In this document: positions 8,885-18,088 of the stretch, piece after piece
How positions within the stretch are numbered: the first letter of the stretch is position 1
Layout: each line of letters begins with the position of its first letter
NCBI GenBank assembly: GCA_009493725.1
Contig: VOGB01000004.1
Location: 404,004-436,003, forward strand
DNA from: Candidatus Pseudoramibacter fermentans
GTDB lineage: Bacteria > Bacillota > Clostridia > Eubacteriales > Eubacteriaceae
Reading direction: 5' to 3'
Length of the DNA: 32,000 nucleotides
Translations under genes and position numbers: made by a program
The notes under the pieces: model-generated
Databases searched by the model: none
What the model was told of the DNA's origin: nothing
What the model saw: only the letters and a program-made list of their open reading frames with translations

Positions 8885-9853
8885 ATGGAAAGCATACACG
8901 CTGCGTTTATTTCGTTGATTATCAGCTTTGTGCTGGTCTGGATTGGTACAAAATTGTTTCTGCCAGTTCTGCATAAGCTCAATTTCGGCCAGGCCATTCG
9001 CGAGGAAGGGCCGAAGAGCCATCAGAAAAAATCCGGCACGCCGACGATGGGCGGCATCGTGATTCAGGGCGGCATTCTGATCGCGATGATCGTTTTTACA
9101 TTCATCGTTGGGAAAGATCTGCTGTTTCCGCTGCTCGGCATGATTGCCTTTGGAGTGATCGGCTTTATCGATGACTTTATCAAAGTCACGGCACACCACA
9201 ATCTGGGGCTGCGTGCCTGGCAGAAGCTGGTGCTCCAAATCGCCGCGGCAATTGTCATCGCGGTTTACGCGGGGACCAATCCCGACATTGGCACACAGCT
9301 GGTGGTGCCTTTCAGCCACAAACTTGTCGATTTGGGCTGGGGATTCTATCCCTTTACGGTCTTTGTCATCGTAGCGGTGACCAACGCGGTTAATCTGACG
9401 GACGGTCTTGACGGGCTGTGCGCCGGGGTGACGGCCTTTGTGATGATTTTCTTCATGACGGTGGCCATTGTCGTCAAGGATGCGGAAATCGCCGCCTTTG
9501 CCGGTGCGGTCGTAGGCGGCTGCTTTGGATTTTTGCGCTGGAATTCCAATCCGGCCAATATTTTCATGGGCGATACCGGTTCATTGGCATTGGGCGCAGC
9601 GGTCACGATGACCGCGATCACGCTGAGACTTCAGATATTTATTCTGATCGCGGGCTTCATTTATTTCCTAGAAGCCCTTTCCGTCATTATGCAGGTGACC
9701 TATTTCAAAGCGACCCACGGCAAGCGGATTTTTAAAATGACGCCGATTCATCATCATTTTGAATTATCCGGTTGGAGTGAAACCCGCGTGGTGACCGTAT
9801 TCTGGATTGTAACGGTAATTTGCGTCAGCGTCGCCATGCTGGCCATTTTCTAA
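8885..9853 (+). CDS. mraY: Phospho-N-acetylmuramoyl-pentapeptide transferase
   Basis: Polytopic membrane protein with KSGTPTMGG, DDFIKV, NAVNLTDGLDGL, FMGDTGSLALG and TPIHHHFEL. AAGGAG lies upstream. Confidence 0.96.
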   Translation: MESIHAAFISLIISFVLVWIGTKLFLPVLHKLNFGQAIREEGPKSHQKKSGTPTMGGIVIQGGILIAMIVFTFIVGKDLLFPLLGMIAFGVIGFIDDFIKVTAHHNLGLRAWQKLVLQIAAAIVIAVYAGTNPDIGTQLVVPFSHKLVDLGWGFYPFTVFVIVAVTNAVNLTDGLDGLCAGVTAFVMIFFMTVAIVVKDAEIAAFAGAVVGGCFGFLRWNSNPANIFMGDTGSLALGAAVTMTAITLRLQIFILIAGFIYFLEALSVIMQVTYFKATHGKRIFKMTPIHHHFELSGWSETRVVTVFWIVTVICVSVAMLAIF

Positions 9854-9880
9854 AATTAATATTGAGGAGGAAGATTCAAT

Positions 9881-11257
9881 ATGAAGACGTATTTAGTGAT
9901 TGGAGCGGAACGCAGCGGCATTGCAGTGACGCGGGCGCTTCTATTAAATAGACAATCGGTTATTTTGACGGACACGAAGGATTTTAATGTGATCGCCAAA
10001 GCTTCTCCAGCCATTGCGGAAGCTTTTGAAGCGCTGCCGAAAACCCATCTGTCCTGCTTTTTCGGAAGCCAAGTCCCGAAAAGCGTCGTCAACGGCGTTT
10101 CCGCGGTCATTCCCAGTCCAGGTGTGCCGTTGACCATTCCGGTTATTCAGGAAGCTTACAAAAAAAACATTCCGGTCATCAGCGAGGTAGAAGCAGCGTA
10201 CCGGATGACCTCCACGCCTTTTGTCGGCATTACCGGTACAAACGGCAAAACAACGACCACATCACTGACCGGTGAAATTTTCAAGCTGGACGATCGTTAT
10301 CCCAATGTCTACGTGGTCGGCAACATCGGCAATGCGGTGACGCATTACGTCAACACGTCTACGCCGTCTGATCTTTATGTCGCTGAGCTTTCGAGCTTCC
10401 AGCTGGAAACCACGGATACGTTCAGACCGAAGGCAGCTGCGATTTTGAACCTTTCGCCAGACCATCTTGATCGCCACGGCACCCTCGACAATTATTACAA
10501 GGCCAAGGCGAAGATTTTCCAAAATCAAACGCCGGATGATATTCTCGTCGTCAACGCCGACGACGACAATGTGTTGAAGTACACAGCGGACGCAAAATCC
10601 AAAAAGATCAGCTTCAGTCTGGAAAAACGCGTGGCGCCGGGGATTTATCAAAAGGACGGCAAGGTCTACGTCGCCGAAGGGGACGACCCGGAAAAGGATG
10701 TAATGGTCAGTGCCGTTTCGGACATCACGATCAAAGGGCCGCACAATGTGATGAATGCGATGGCGGCGATCGGACTGACCTATTTCACAGGGGTTTCCTT
10801 AAGCAATATCCGCAAAGGGCTGAAGGACTTCAAGGGCGTTGAACATCGTCAGGAATTTGTCGCGACGATTGACGGCGTCGACTACATCAACGATTCCAAG
10901 GGCACCAACACCGATGCGACGATTACGGCACTGAAAGCGATGGAAAAGCCGACGATACTCATTGCAGGCGGATACGACAAGAAAGAAGATTACACCAAGC
11001 TGATGGGCTACGTTAAGGATAAGGTGAAGCTGATGATTCTGCTCGGTGCAACAGCGAAGAATATTGCAGCCACAGCAGATCAGTGCGGATTCAGCGACTA
11101 TATCTTCGTCAAGGATTATCCAGAAGCCGTGAAAACTGCCAAGGAAAAAGCTGTCTCCGGCGATGTCGTGCTGCTCTCGCCGGCCTGCGCAAGCTGGGAT
11201 ATGTTTGCCAATTACGAAGACCGCGGCGACTTGTTCAAGCAGCTCGTTAAAGCGTAA
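9881..11257 (+). CDS. murD: UDP-N-acetylmuramoylalanine--D-glutamate ligase
   Basis: GITGTNGKTTTTSL P-loop, NLSPDHLDRH, GVEHRQE, NDSKGTN and LSPACASWDMF. GAGGAGG RBS lies upstream of ATG 9881. Confidence 0.95.
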   Translation: MKTYLVIGAERSGIAVTRALLLNRQSVILTDTKDFNVIAKASPAIAEAFEALPKTHLSCFFGSQVPKSVVNGVSAVIPSPGVPLTIPVIQEAYKKNIPVISEVEAAYRMTSTPFVGITGTNGKTTTTSLTGEIFKLDDRYPNVYVVGNIGNAVTHYVNTSTPSDLYVAELSSFQLETTDTFRPKAAAILNLSPDHLDRHGTLDNYYKAKAKIFQNQTPDDILVVNADDDNVLKYTADAKSKKISFSLEKRVAPGIYQKDGKVYVAEGDDPEKDVMVSAVSDITIKGPHNVMNAMAAIGLTYFTGVSLSNIRKGLKDFKGVEHRQEFVATIDGVDYINDSKGTNTDATITALKAMEKPTILIAGGYDKKEDYTKLMGYVKDKVKLMILLGATAKNIAATADQCGFSDYIFVKDYPEAVKTAKEKAVSGDVVLLSPACASWDMFANYEDRGDLFKQLVKA

Positions 11258-12456
11258 TGGCGGATCGACAGCAACAAGGGGGGCGCCGCCAGTCTGGCCG
11301 CCGTTATTGGAGCAAACCAGACCGCGCCTTTACACTGGCACTGCTCGTCTTGACCGGCTTTGGGCTGCTGATGGTTTTTTCGGCCAGCATGTACACGTCG
11401 TCGGTTTCGAGTGCAACCGGAAGCGGCTACGCGCAGTTTATCAAACAGGCCGTTTATGTGATCGGCGGGCTGTTTGTACTTTGGTTTGCCAGTCGAATCG
11501 ATTACCGAAAATTTAATAATGTCCATGTGGCGTTGGTCGCACTTGTAATCACTGCGGCTCTGCTGGGGTTCGTTCTGGTCGCGGGATCAGAGGTCAACGG
11601 CGCAAAGCGGTGGCTCGCAATCGGATCCATCACCTTCCAGCCTTCGGAATTCGCGAAGCTGACCGGCATCATTTACGCCAGCAGCATTGTCTGCCAGAAA
11701 AAAGAAGTCTACAGCAATTTTTGGAAATTCACATTATATTGTATTTTGCCGATGGTGGTGCTCTGCGGACTCGCGGCAATAGAACCGTCGCTTTCCGCGG
11801 CGATGGCGATCGGCTTTGGGATGCTGTGCGTCTATTTCTTTTCGGGAATTAAATTCAGGTATTTTATCCCGTACATTCTGCTAATTGTTGCGGCGGTTGG
11901 TCTCGCTTTGATTCTGCAGCCCTTTCGCCTCGACCGCATCCGCGTGTTTATGGGAAAGGGCGGCGCGGATTACCAGATCAGACAGTCAATTTTGGCCATT
12001 GGCTCCGGCGGCATCTTTGGCAAAGGTCTTGGCAACGGCAGACAGAAGATGCTGTTTCTGCCGGAACTTCAGAACGATTTTATCTTTGCCAACATCGGCG
12101 AAGAATGCGGACTTGTCGGTTGTGTACTGCTTCTGATTCTGTACGGATTTATCATTTACAGAGGGATTCGAATCGCGAAGGCGTCCAAAACGAAATTCGG
12201 CTACGTTTACGGCTGTTCGATTATGGCGCTGCTGGGCTTTCAGGTGATTGTCAATGTGGCGGTCGCGACGAATATCATGCCGGTTACCGGGATGGCACTA
12301 CCCTTTATCAGCGCCGGCGGCACATCGATGATCATCCTCTTCTTCATGATGAGCTTGATTGTCAATATGTCGAGAAAGCCTGGAAGAAAAGTGACGGCGG
12401 GGGCGCCGAAGACGAAGCGGCGCAAACGCCAGAAAACGGAGGAAAAAACAGCATGA
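11257..12456 (+). CDS. ftsW: SEDS-family peptidoglycan polymerase FtsW (FtsW/RodA/SpoVE family)
   Basis: Polytopic membrane protein with GAKRWL..FQPSEFAKL, PELQNDFIFANIGEE and PFISAGGTS. The start overlaps the murD stop (TAATG). Its dcw position argues for FtsW rather than RodA. Confidence 0.9.
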   Translation: MADRQQQGGRRQSGRRYWSKPDRAFTLALLVLTGFGLLMVFSASMYTSSVSSATGSGYAQFIKQAVYVIGGLFVLWFASRIDYRKFNNVHVALVALVITAALLGFVLVAGSEVNGAKRWLAIGSITFQPSEFAKLTGIIYASSIVCQKKEVYSNFWKFTLYCILPMVVLCGLAAIEPSLSAAMAIGFGMLCVYFFSGIKFRYFIPYILLIVAAVGLALILQPFRLDRIRVFMGKGGADYQIRQSILAIGSGGIFGKGLGNGRQKMLFLPELQNDFIFANIGEECGLVGCVLLLILYGFIIYRGIRIAKASKTKFGYVYGCSIMALLGFQVIVNVAVATNIMPVTGMALPFISAGGTSMIILFFMMSLIVNMSRKPGRKVTAGAPKTKRRKRQKTEEKTA

Positions 12457-13574
12457 CAACAGTTTTCATTGCAGCAGGGGGAACCGGCGGACACATTTAT
12501 CCTGGTCTGGCCATTGCTGCCTGTCTAAAAAAACGCATGCCGGACGTCAAGATCGTGTTCATCGGTTCACACGTCGGCATGGAAAAAAACATTGTGCCGC
12601 GTTACGGCTACCCGATGGAATTCATCAACGCGTCGGGTTTTCAACGCGGTTTTGTCAAGAAAGTGATTGCGGCGAAAAATCTGCTCAAAAGCGCCCGCGA
12701 CTCCAGAAAGCTTTTGAACCGCTACAAGCCGGCGCTCGTCATCGGCACCGGCGGGTTTACGTCGGGCATTATTTTAAGAGAAGCGGCGAAAAAGGGCATC
12801 CCGACATTGATTCACGAACAGAATGCCTTCCCTGGAAAATCCAACCGATGGGCGGCCCAGAAGGCCGATACTGTCTGCCTGACCTTTAATGAGGCGGCTA
12901 AATATTTTCCAGCGAAGAAGACCGTGCTCTGCGGCAATCCGGTCCGGGATGCCTTTAAGAACGTCGACCGCGCGGCCATGCGGCAGAAAATGAAGCTTGC
13001 GCCGGGTGAAAAAATGGTGCTGGCGATGGGCGGCAGTCAAGGGGCAGCCGCCATCAACCGAGCGATGCAGACGGTCATGAAGGAATGGGGCGGCCGCGAG
13101 GACATTCAAATCTATCAGATTACCGGCCCGAAACAGATCGACACGGTTTGTGCGGCGCTGGACGAAGCGGGCATCGTGTACGACAAAGAATATTTCGGCC
13201 CGACCCATTGCCACGCGATCGCCTATTCCAACGAAATGGAAATGCTGATGGGCGCCGCGGACGTCATCATCGGACGCTCAGGGGCGTCGTCGATTTGCGA
13301 AATGGCCGCGTCCGGTACGCCGTCCATTCTCATTCCGTACCCCTACGCAGCAGGGGATCATCAGCGTTTCAATGCGATGGCAATGCAAAATGCCGGGGCG
13401 GCGGAAGTCATTGATGAGGATGATTTAAGCGGTGAACGGCTGTTAAAAGAATTGTCCGCGCTTTTGGATGACCCGGCACATCTCAAGGCCATGTCGGAAA
13501 ACGCGAAGGCTTACGCAAAAATCGATGCAGACGAAAGAATCGTCGATCAGGCTGTGGCTTTAATGCAGCAATAA
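12453..13574 (+). CDS. murG: Undecaprenyldiphospho-muramoylpentapeptide beta-N-acetylglucosaminyltransferase
   Basis: Track ORF 12105-13574 is over-extended into ftsW. The real start is ATG 12453 (MTTVFIAAGGTGGHIYPGLAIA), which has GGAGG 10 nt upstream and an ATGA overlap with the ftsW stop. MGGSQGA and IGRSGASSICE motifs are present. Confidence 0.92.
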   Translation: MTTVFIAAGGTGGHIYPGLAIAACLKKRMPDVKIVFIGSHVGMEKNIVPRYGYPMEFINASGFQRGFVKKVIAAKNLLKSARDSRKLLNRYKPALVIGTGGFTSGIILREAAKKGIPTLIHEQNAFPGKSNRWAAQKADTVCLTFNEAAKYFPAKKTVLCGNPVRDAFKNVDRAAMRQKMKLAPGEKMVLAMGGSQGAAAINRAMQTVMKEWGGREDIQIYQITGPKQIDTVCAALDEAGIVYDKEYFGPTHCHAIAYSNEMEMLMGAADVIIGRSGASSICEMAASGTPSILIPYPYAAGDHQRFNAMAMQNAGAAEVIDEDDLSGERLLKELSALLDDPAHLKAMSENAKAYAKIDADERIVDQAVALMQQ

Positions 13575-13596
13575 GCAAGATAGAGGAGTTAACCGC

Positions 13597-14382
13597 GTGA
13601 AGGATGAACAAAAAAGTCAAAAGATATCCAAAACACTAAAGAGACGAAAACGCAGACGCATTGCGCGCCGCATCACGGCGGTTATCCTGATTGCTGCGAT
13701 TATCTGTGTGGGCGGCTACTATCTTTCGCGTGTGATGACAGATCAAAGGCTGAACATTAAACAGGTTGAAGTTACCGGCAATGCTTCGGCAGATACTCAC
13801 CTTTTGGATCAAGTCACAGATGCATTAATTGGACAGAATATCTTAGCGGTTGACGTGAACAGCCTGTCCAATCAGGCTAAAAAGATCCTGCAGACCGATC
13901 AAGTCAGTGTCTACAGAAAATGGCCGGATACCTTGATTATTAAAGTGGGGCGCATCGAAGCCCTTGGTGCAGTCATGACGGGGAACAAGGTGCTGTATAT
14001 CGATCAAAACGCCCGCGTCGTCAACCGGGCGGATTATCTGACTAACGTCAACCTGCCGATTATTACCGGAATCAAAGGAACGAACGCGCTTCAAAGCGGC
14101 AGTCACCTTTCCTCGAACAGCAGGGAAAGACTGATTGACGCGCTGGATATTTTGGCACGCATTCAGGACAAGGGACTGCTCGATCGCGTTTCGGAAATTC
14201 ACTGGACAAAATACAATACTTACCGCATTATTACGAAAAATAATTCTGTCTTCGAGGTGAGCGGTATCGACAATTTTAAGAAAAACGAAAGCTACGTCGA
14301 AACGTTTTTGATTGAAAATCGTTCCAATGTCGAAGTGGACCTTCAAATCGACGGTCAGGCCTTTTTGAAGAATCGGTCTTGA
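13597..14382 (+). CDS. ftsQ: Cell division protein FtsQ/DivIB (POTRA domain)
   Basis: GTG start with GAGGAG 8 nt upstream. Basic tail, one TM helix (AVILIAAIICVGGYYL), then a POTRA-like LNIKQVEVTGN...VYRKWPDTLIIKV. It occupies the canonical position after murG. Confidence 0.8.
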   Translation: MKDEQKSQKISKTLKRRKRRRIARRITAVILIAAIICVGGYYLSRVMTDQRLNIKQVEVTGNASADTHLLDQVTDALIGQNILAVDVNSLSNQAKKILQTDQVSVYRKWPDTLIIKVGRIEALGAVMTGNKVLYIDQNARVVNRADYLTNVNLPIITGIKGTNALQSGSHLSSNSRERLIDALDILARIQDKGLLDRVSEIHWTKYNTYRIITKNNSVFEVSGIDNFKKNESYVETFLIENRSNVEVDLQIDGQAFLKNRS

Positions 14383-14447
14383 CTAATAATATGGGTTATA
14401 ATCATCAAAGCTGAGAACTTAAAAAAATTGAAAACAAAGATTTTTTA

Positions 14448-14476
14448 TTGCAATGTTGTGAAATAAAGGGTATCAT
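14448..14476 (+). promoter_or_regulatory. Sigma-A-type promoter candidate for ftsZ (TTGCAA-17 nt-TATCAT)
   Basis: TTGCAA 14448-14453, a 17-nt spacer, TATCAT 14471-14476, in the AT-rich 209-bp ftsQ-ftsZ gap. A second -10-like element, TATAAT at 14397-14402, lies upstream. Confidence 0.5.
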
Positions 14477-14591
14477 ATTATAAAGTTGTAAGAATGCTAT
14501 GAGAAGATGAAACCATCTTCGCTTTATTATTTATGAATAAAAACATATACCCTATATAGAGTAGTCTATGTGAGAACCAGGAGGAAGAAAA

Positions 14592-15710
14592 GTGATAGAA
14601 CTGGACAACTACAACGATAATTTTGCGCAGATTCGTGTAGTCGGTGTCGGTGGCGGTGGCAACAACGCTGTGAACAGAATGATTGAATCGGGCCTGAAGG
14701 GGGTCGATTTTGTCTCGATTAATACAGATAATCAGGCTCTGGCCCTGACTTTGGCAGAAAAAAGACTGCAGATCGGCGAAAAGACGACCGGCGGTCTCGG
14801 CGCAGGCGGCAACCCAGAAATGGGTCAGCGCTCCGCTGAAGAAAGCCGCGACGCGATTTCTGAAGTGATTCAGGGCACGGACCTTTTGTTTGTGACGGCC
14901 GGTATGGGCGGCGGAACAGGCTCTGGTGCAGCGCCGATTATCGCAAAAATCGCGCAGGAAATGGGCATTCTGACCATTGGTGTCGTCACGAAGCCGTTCT
15001 CTTTTGAAGGACGCGTTCGTATGCGCAACGCGCAGATCGCCTGCGATTTCCTCCAGGAAAATGTTGACGCTTTGGTGACGATTCCGAACGACCGTCTGCT
15101 CCGCATGGCCGATAAATCCACGTCGCTGCGGGAAGCTTTCAAACTTGCTGATGACGTCCTGCTTCAAGGGGTCAAGAGTATTTCCGACTTGATTTCTATG
15201 CCTGGTCTGGTCAGCTTGGACTTTGCCGATGTCAAGACGATCATGCAGGATGCAGGCCTCGCACACATGGGTGTTGGCCGCGCAACCGGGGAAAACCGTG
15301 CAGAAGAAGCGGCGAAGGAAGCCATCCTGAGCCCACTGCTCGAAACGGAAATTACCGGCGCAACGGGTGTTCTGCTGAACATCACAGCTGGCGACGATTT
15401 GTCACTGTTTGAAGTCGACAAGGCGGCGACGATCGCACGTGAAGCCTGCGACGAAGACGCCAACGTCATCTTCGGGGCGACCATCGATGAAAACATGGGC
15501 GACGAAATCCAGATCACGGTCATCGCGACGGGGTTCCTTCCCGCTGAAGAAAGCGAAGACGTCAGAGATATGAAAGAAAAGATGTCAGCGCGTCCAGCGA
15601 GAAGCAGAGCGCCAAAGGACGCACCAGCTCAGTCCGCAGGTACGGCTAAGCCTAAAACAGATTCAAACGATTTGTTTACCATTCCGACATTTTTAAACAA
15701 AGAAGACTAA
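14592..15710 (+). CDS. ftsZ: Cell division GTPase FtsZ
   Basis: GTG start with AGGAGG 8 nt upstream. [17 protein letters not shown], the tubulin signature [12 protein letters not shown], the core to VIATGF, a disordered linker and the C-terminal peptide [11 protein letters not shown] are all present. Confidence 0.98.
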   Translation: MIELDNYNDNFAQIRVVGVGGGGNNAVNRMIESGLKGVDFVSINTDNQALALTLAEKRLQIGEKTTGGLGAGGNPEMGQRSAEESRDAISEVIQGTDLLFVTAGMGGGTGSGAAPIIAKIAQEMGILTIGVVTKPFSFEGRVRMRNAQIACDFLQENVDALVTIPNDRLLRMADKSTSLREAFKLADDVLLQGVKSISDLISMPGLVSLDFADVKTIMQDAGLAHMGVGRATGENRAEEAAKEAILSPLLETEITGATGVLLNITAGDDLSLFEVDKAATIAREACDEDANVIFGATIDENMGDEIQITVIATGFLPAEESEDVRDMKEKMSARPARSRAPKDAPAQSAGTAKPKTDSNDLFTIPTFLNKED

Positions 15711-15717
15711 TTCTGCG

Positions 15718-16170
15718 ATGAAATGTCCGTTTTGTAATCATAATGGCAGCAAGGTAGTCGATTCCAGACCGGTTAACGATCAGACCATGATCCGCAGACG
15801 CCGCGAATGCGAAAAGTGCAAAAAACGCTTCACGACTTACGAACGAATTGAAAAGATTCCACTGATGGTGGTCAAGCGAAACGGTCAGCGGGAATCCTAC
15901 GACCGAAATAAAATTTACAGCGGCATCTTAAAGGCTTGTGAAAAGCGGCCGATTTCAGTCGAGCAGATTGAGGCTATGGTCGATCAAATCGAAAAACAGC
16001 TTTATCAGCTCGAATATAAAGAAATTTCTTCTGTATATATCGGCGAAAGGGTTATGGAAGCCCTGAAGCCGGTCGATGAAGTGGCCTATGTGCGCTTTGC
16101 GTCTGTCTACCGACGCTTTAAAGATGCAGGCGCGTTTATTGAAGAACTCAACAAATTGATTAAGGAGTAA
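15718..16170 (+). CDS. nrdR: Transcriptional repressor NrdR (zinc ribbon + ATP-cone)
   Basis: [19 protein letters not shown]...[17 protein letters not shown] followed by an ATP-cone region. Typical 150-aa length. Confidence 0.95.
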   Translation: MKCPFCNHNGSKVVDSRPVNDQTMIRRRRECEKCKKRFTTYERIEKIPLMVVKRNGQRESYDRNKIYSGILKACEKRPISVEQIEAMVDQIEKQLYQLEYKEISSVYIGERVMEALKPVDEVAYVRFASVYRRFKDAGAFIEELNKLIKE

Positions 16171-16173
16171 GGA

Positions 16174-16707
16174 TTGGCCAATAAGGTTCTAGATTCGAAT
16201 CGCATTTACGAGGGTAAAATTTTAAATTTGCGGGTTGATTCGGTTGAACTTCCCGATGGCGGGCATACCAAGCGCGAAATCGTCGAGCACAAAAACGGCG
16301 TCGGCATTCTGCCGGTCGACCACGCGATGATGATTTTCGTGCAGCAGTACCGTGACGCGGTAGGATCAGATTTGCTAGAAATTCCGGCAGGTCTTGTCGA
16401 AGCGGGCGAGGATCCGAAGATGACCGCATCCCGTGAGCTGCAGGAGGAAATCGGCCTCAAACCGCTGAATTTAACGCCCTGTGGATTCGTTTATCCAACG
16501 CCTGGCTGCTGCGATGAAAAGACGTATCTTTTTATCGCCAATCAATTTGAAGCCCACCGCCTCGAGGCGGACGACGACGAGTTTATTCATGTGGTCAGAC
16601 TTCCGATCGAGACTGTTAGAAAAATGTACGATCATCACGAATTCATCGACGCCAAGACGGTCAGCACATTGGGCTACTATTTCTCACATCAGCATACAAA
16701 CGAATAA
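16174..16707 (+). CDS. Nudix hydrolase, ADP-ribose pyrophosphatase (NudF/YqkG-like)
   Basis: TTG start with AAGGAG 6 nt upstream, inside the nrdR 3' end. Complete Nudix box GLVEAGEDPKMTASRELQEEIGL. The N-terminus IYEGKILNLRVDSVELPDG is typical of ADPRases. Confidence 0.82.
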   Translation: MANKVLDSNRIYEGKILNLRVDSVELPDGGHTKREIVEHKNGVGILPVDHAMMIFVQQYRDAVGSDLLEIPAGLVEAGEDPKMTASRELQEEIGLKPLNLTPCGFVYPTPGCCDEKTYLFIANQFEAHRLEADDDEFIHVVRLPIETVRKMYDHHEFIDAKTVSTLGYYFSHQHTNE

Positions 16708-16712
16708 AGTCA

Positions 16713-16760
16713 AGGGTGATTTTTTGCAGGCTTTGCAGGGAATCACTCTTTTGTATTTTT
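16713..16760 (+). terminator. Possible weak intrinsic terminator after the Nudix gene
   Basis: AGGGTGATT (16713-16721) pairs with AATCACTCT (16741-16749) in 8 of 9 positions. The loop is large (19 nt) and is followed by TTTTGTATTTTT. The large loop makes this uncertain. Confidence 0.4.
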
Positions 16761-16804
16761 AAACCATTACAACAAGTTTAGGAAGGATTAACAGGAAAAT
16801 CAAA

Positions 16805-18073
16805 ATGGAAAATATTCAATTTTCAGGACACGACACAGTCGCATTGGCAGAACAGTACGGTACGCCACTGTACGTCATGAGTGAAGACATCATTCGTGAC
16901 CGTATCGAGTCCGTTAAAAAAGCTTTTGAAGAAGCTGGCGCAGATTACGAAGTCAATTTCGCAGGAAAGGCATTTACCAATGTGGCGATGTGTAAAATCG
17001 TTGCCTCAGAAGGAATCGCGCTGGACGCGGTTTCAAAAGGGGAAATCATGACTGCGCTGGCAGCTGATTTTCCAATGGACCGCGTCTGCTACCACGGCAA
17101 TAACAAAAAAGTCAGCGAACTGAAATACGCGCTGGAAAACGGCGTTGGCCTCATCGTCGTCGACAGCGAAGACGAATTGAAAAAACTGCTTCAGGTGACC
17201 GACGAATTGGATCAGGATGTTAACATCATGTTCCGCGTTTCTCCAGGCGTTGAAGCCCACACGCATGAGCTGATTCAAACCGGCACCCAGGACACGAAAT
17301 TCGGCCTGCCCTACAGTCTGGCGAAGGATATTGTGGTTAAGGCCAACGCGCAGCCACACATTACAGTTGTCGGCATTCACTGCCATATCGGCTCTCAGAT
17401 TGTCGATGAAGTGCCGTTCATTGCGGCGGCTGACAAGATGATCGCGTTGTATCAGGATATTCGAAATGAAGGCGTCGATCTGCGCGCCATTAATTTAGGC
17501 GGCGGCTTCGGTATTCCGTACCTTGAAGGGGATGAATACTTCGAAACCTTAAAATACATTCCAAAGCTGGTTGATCACGTCCGCAAAATCTGTGCGGACC
17601 GCGATGTGCCGATGCCAAAGCTTATCGTCGAACCGGGACGTTTCTTGGTCTGCGAAGCCGGTGCGACGCTGTACACCATTGGCACCGTCAAGGAAATTCC
17701 TGGCGTGCGCAAATACATCAGCGTGGACGGCGGCATGAACGATAATCCGCGCCCGGCGTTGTACGGCGCGGAATACGAAGCGGTCGTCTGCAACGGCAAG
17801 GACTCCGAAAAACTGGAACCCTACCGCGTCAGCGGCCGTGCCTGCGAAACCGATACGTTAATCGATTCAGCGATGCTCAATCAGCCTCAGGTCGGCGATA
17901 TTCTGATGGTGAAGAATACAGGTGCCTACAATTATTCAATGGCCAGCCGCTACAACCGTTATCCGATTCCGGCAGTTGTGCTGCTGTCGGGAGACCGCTC
18001 AGCGATCATGGTCGAACGGGAAAGCTACGAAGAACTCCTCAGCCACGACCGCGTACCGGATTGGTTGAAATAA
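16805..18073 (+). CDS. lysA: Diaminopimelate decarboxylase
   Basis: PLP-dependent fold-III decarboxylase: NFAGKAF (PLP lysine region), HCHIGSQ, GGGFGIPY, EPGRFLV, SGRACETD and GAYNYSMAS. Confidence 0.95.
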   Translation: MENIQFSGHDTVALAEQYGTPLYVMSEDIIRDRIESVKKAFEEAGADYEVNFAGKAFTNVAMCKIVASEGIALDAVSKGEIMTALAADFPMDRVCYHGNNKKVSELKYALENGVGLIVVDSEDELKKLLQVTDELDQDVNIMFRVSPGVEAHTHELIQTGTQDTKFGLPYSLAKDIVVKANAQPHITVVGIHCHIGSQIVDEVPFIAAADKMIALYQDIRNEGVDLRAINLGGGFGIPYLEGDEYFETLKYIPKLVDHVRKICADRDVPMPKLIVEPGRFLVCEAGATLYTIGTVKEIPGVRKYISVDGGMNDNPRPALYGAEYEAVVCNGKDSEKLEPYRVSGRACETDTLIDSAMLNQPQVGDILMVKNTGAYNYSMASRYNRYPIPAVVLLSGDRSAIMVERESYEELLSHDRVPDWLK

Positions 18074-18088
18074 TCTTATAGGCTTGCG

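Noticed and set aside
12105-12452. A 116-codon N-terminal extension of the murG ORF, which would make a 489-aa protein.
   Set aside because: The extension lies in an alternative frame of ftsW and has no MurG-like sequence. The canonical MurG N-terminus (MTTVFIAAGGTGGH) begins at ATG 12453, which has its own GGAGG.
14478-15266. 262-aa minus-strand ORF antisense to the ftsZ 5' half and leader.
   Set aside because: It lies opposite the unambiguous ftsZ gene. The translation is Arg/Cys/His-rich with no domain signature, so it is a shadow ORF.
16708-16804. Possible lysine (L-box) riboswitch upstream of lysA.
   Set aside because: The gap is only 97 nt, far shorter than an L-box aptamer plus expression platform, and none of the conserved L-box helices or loops is visible.
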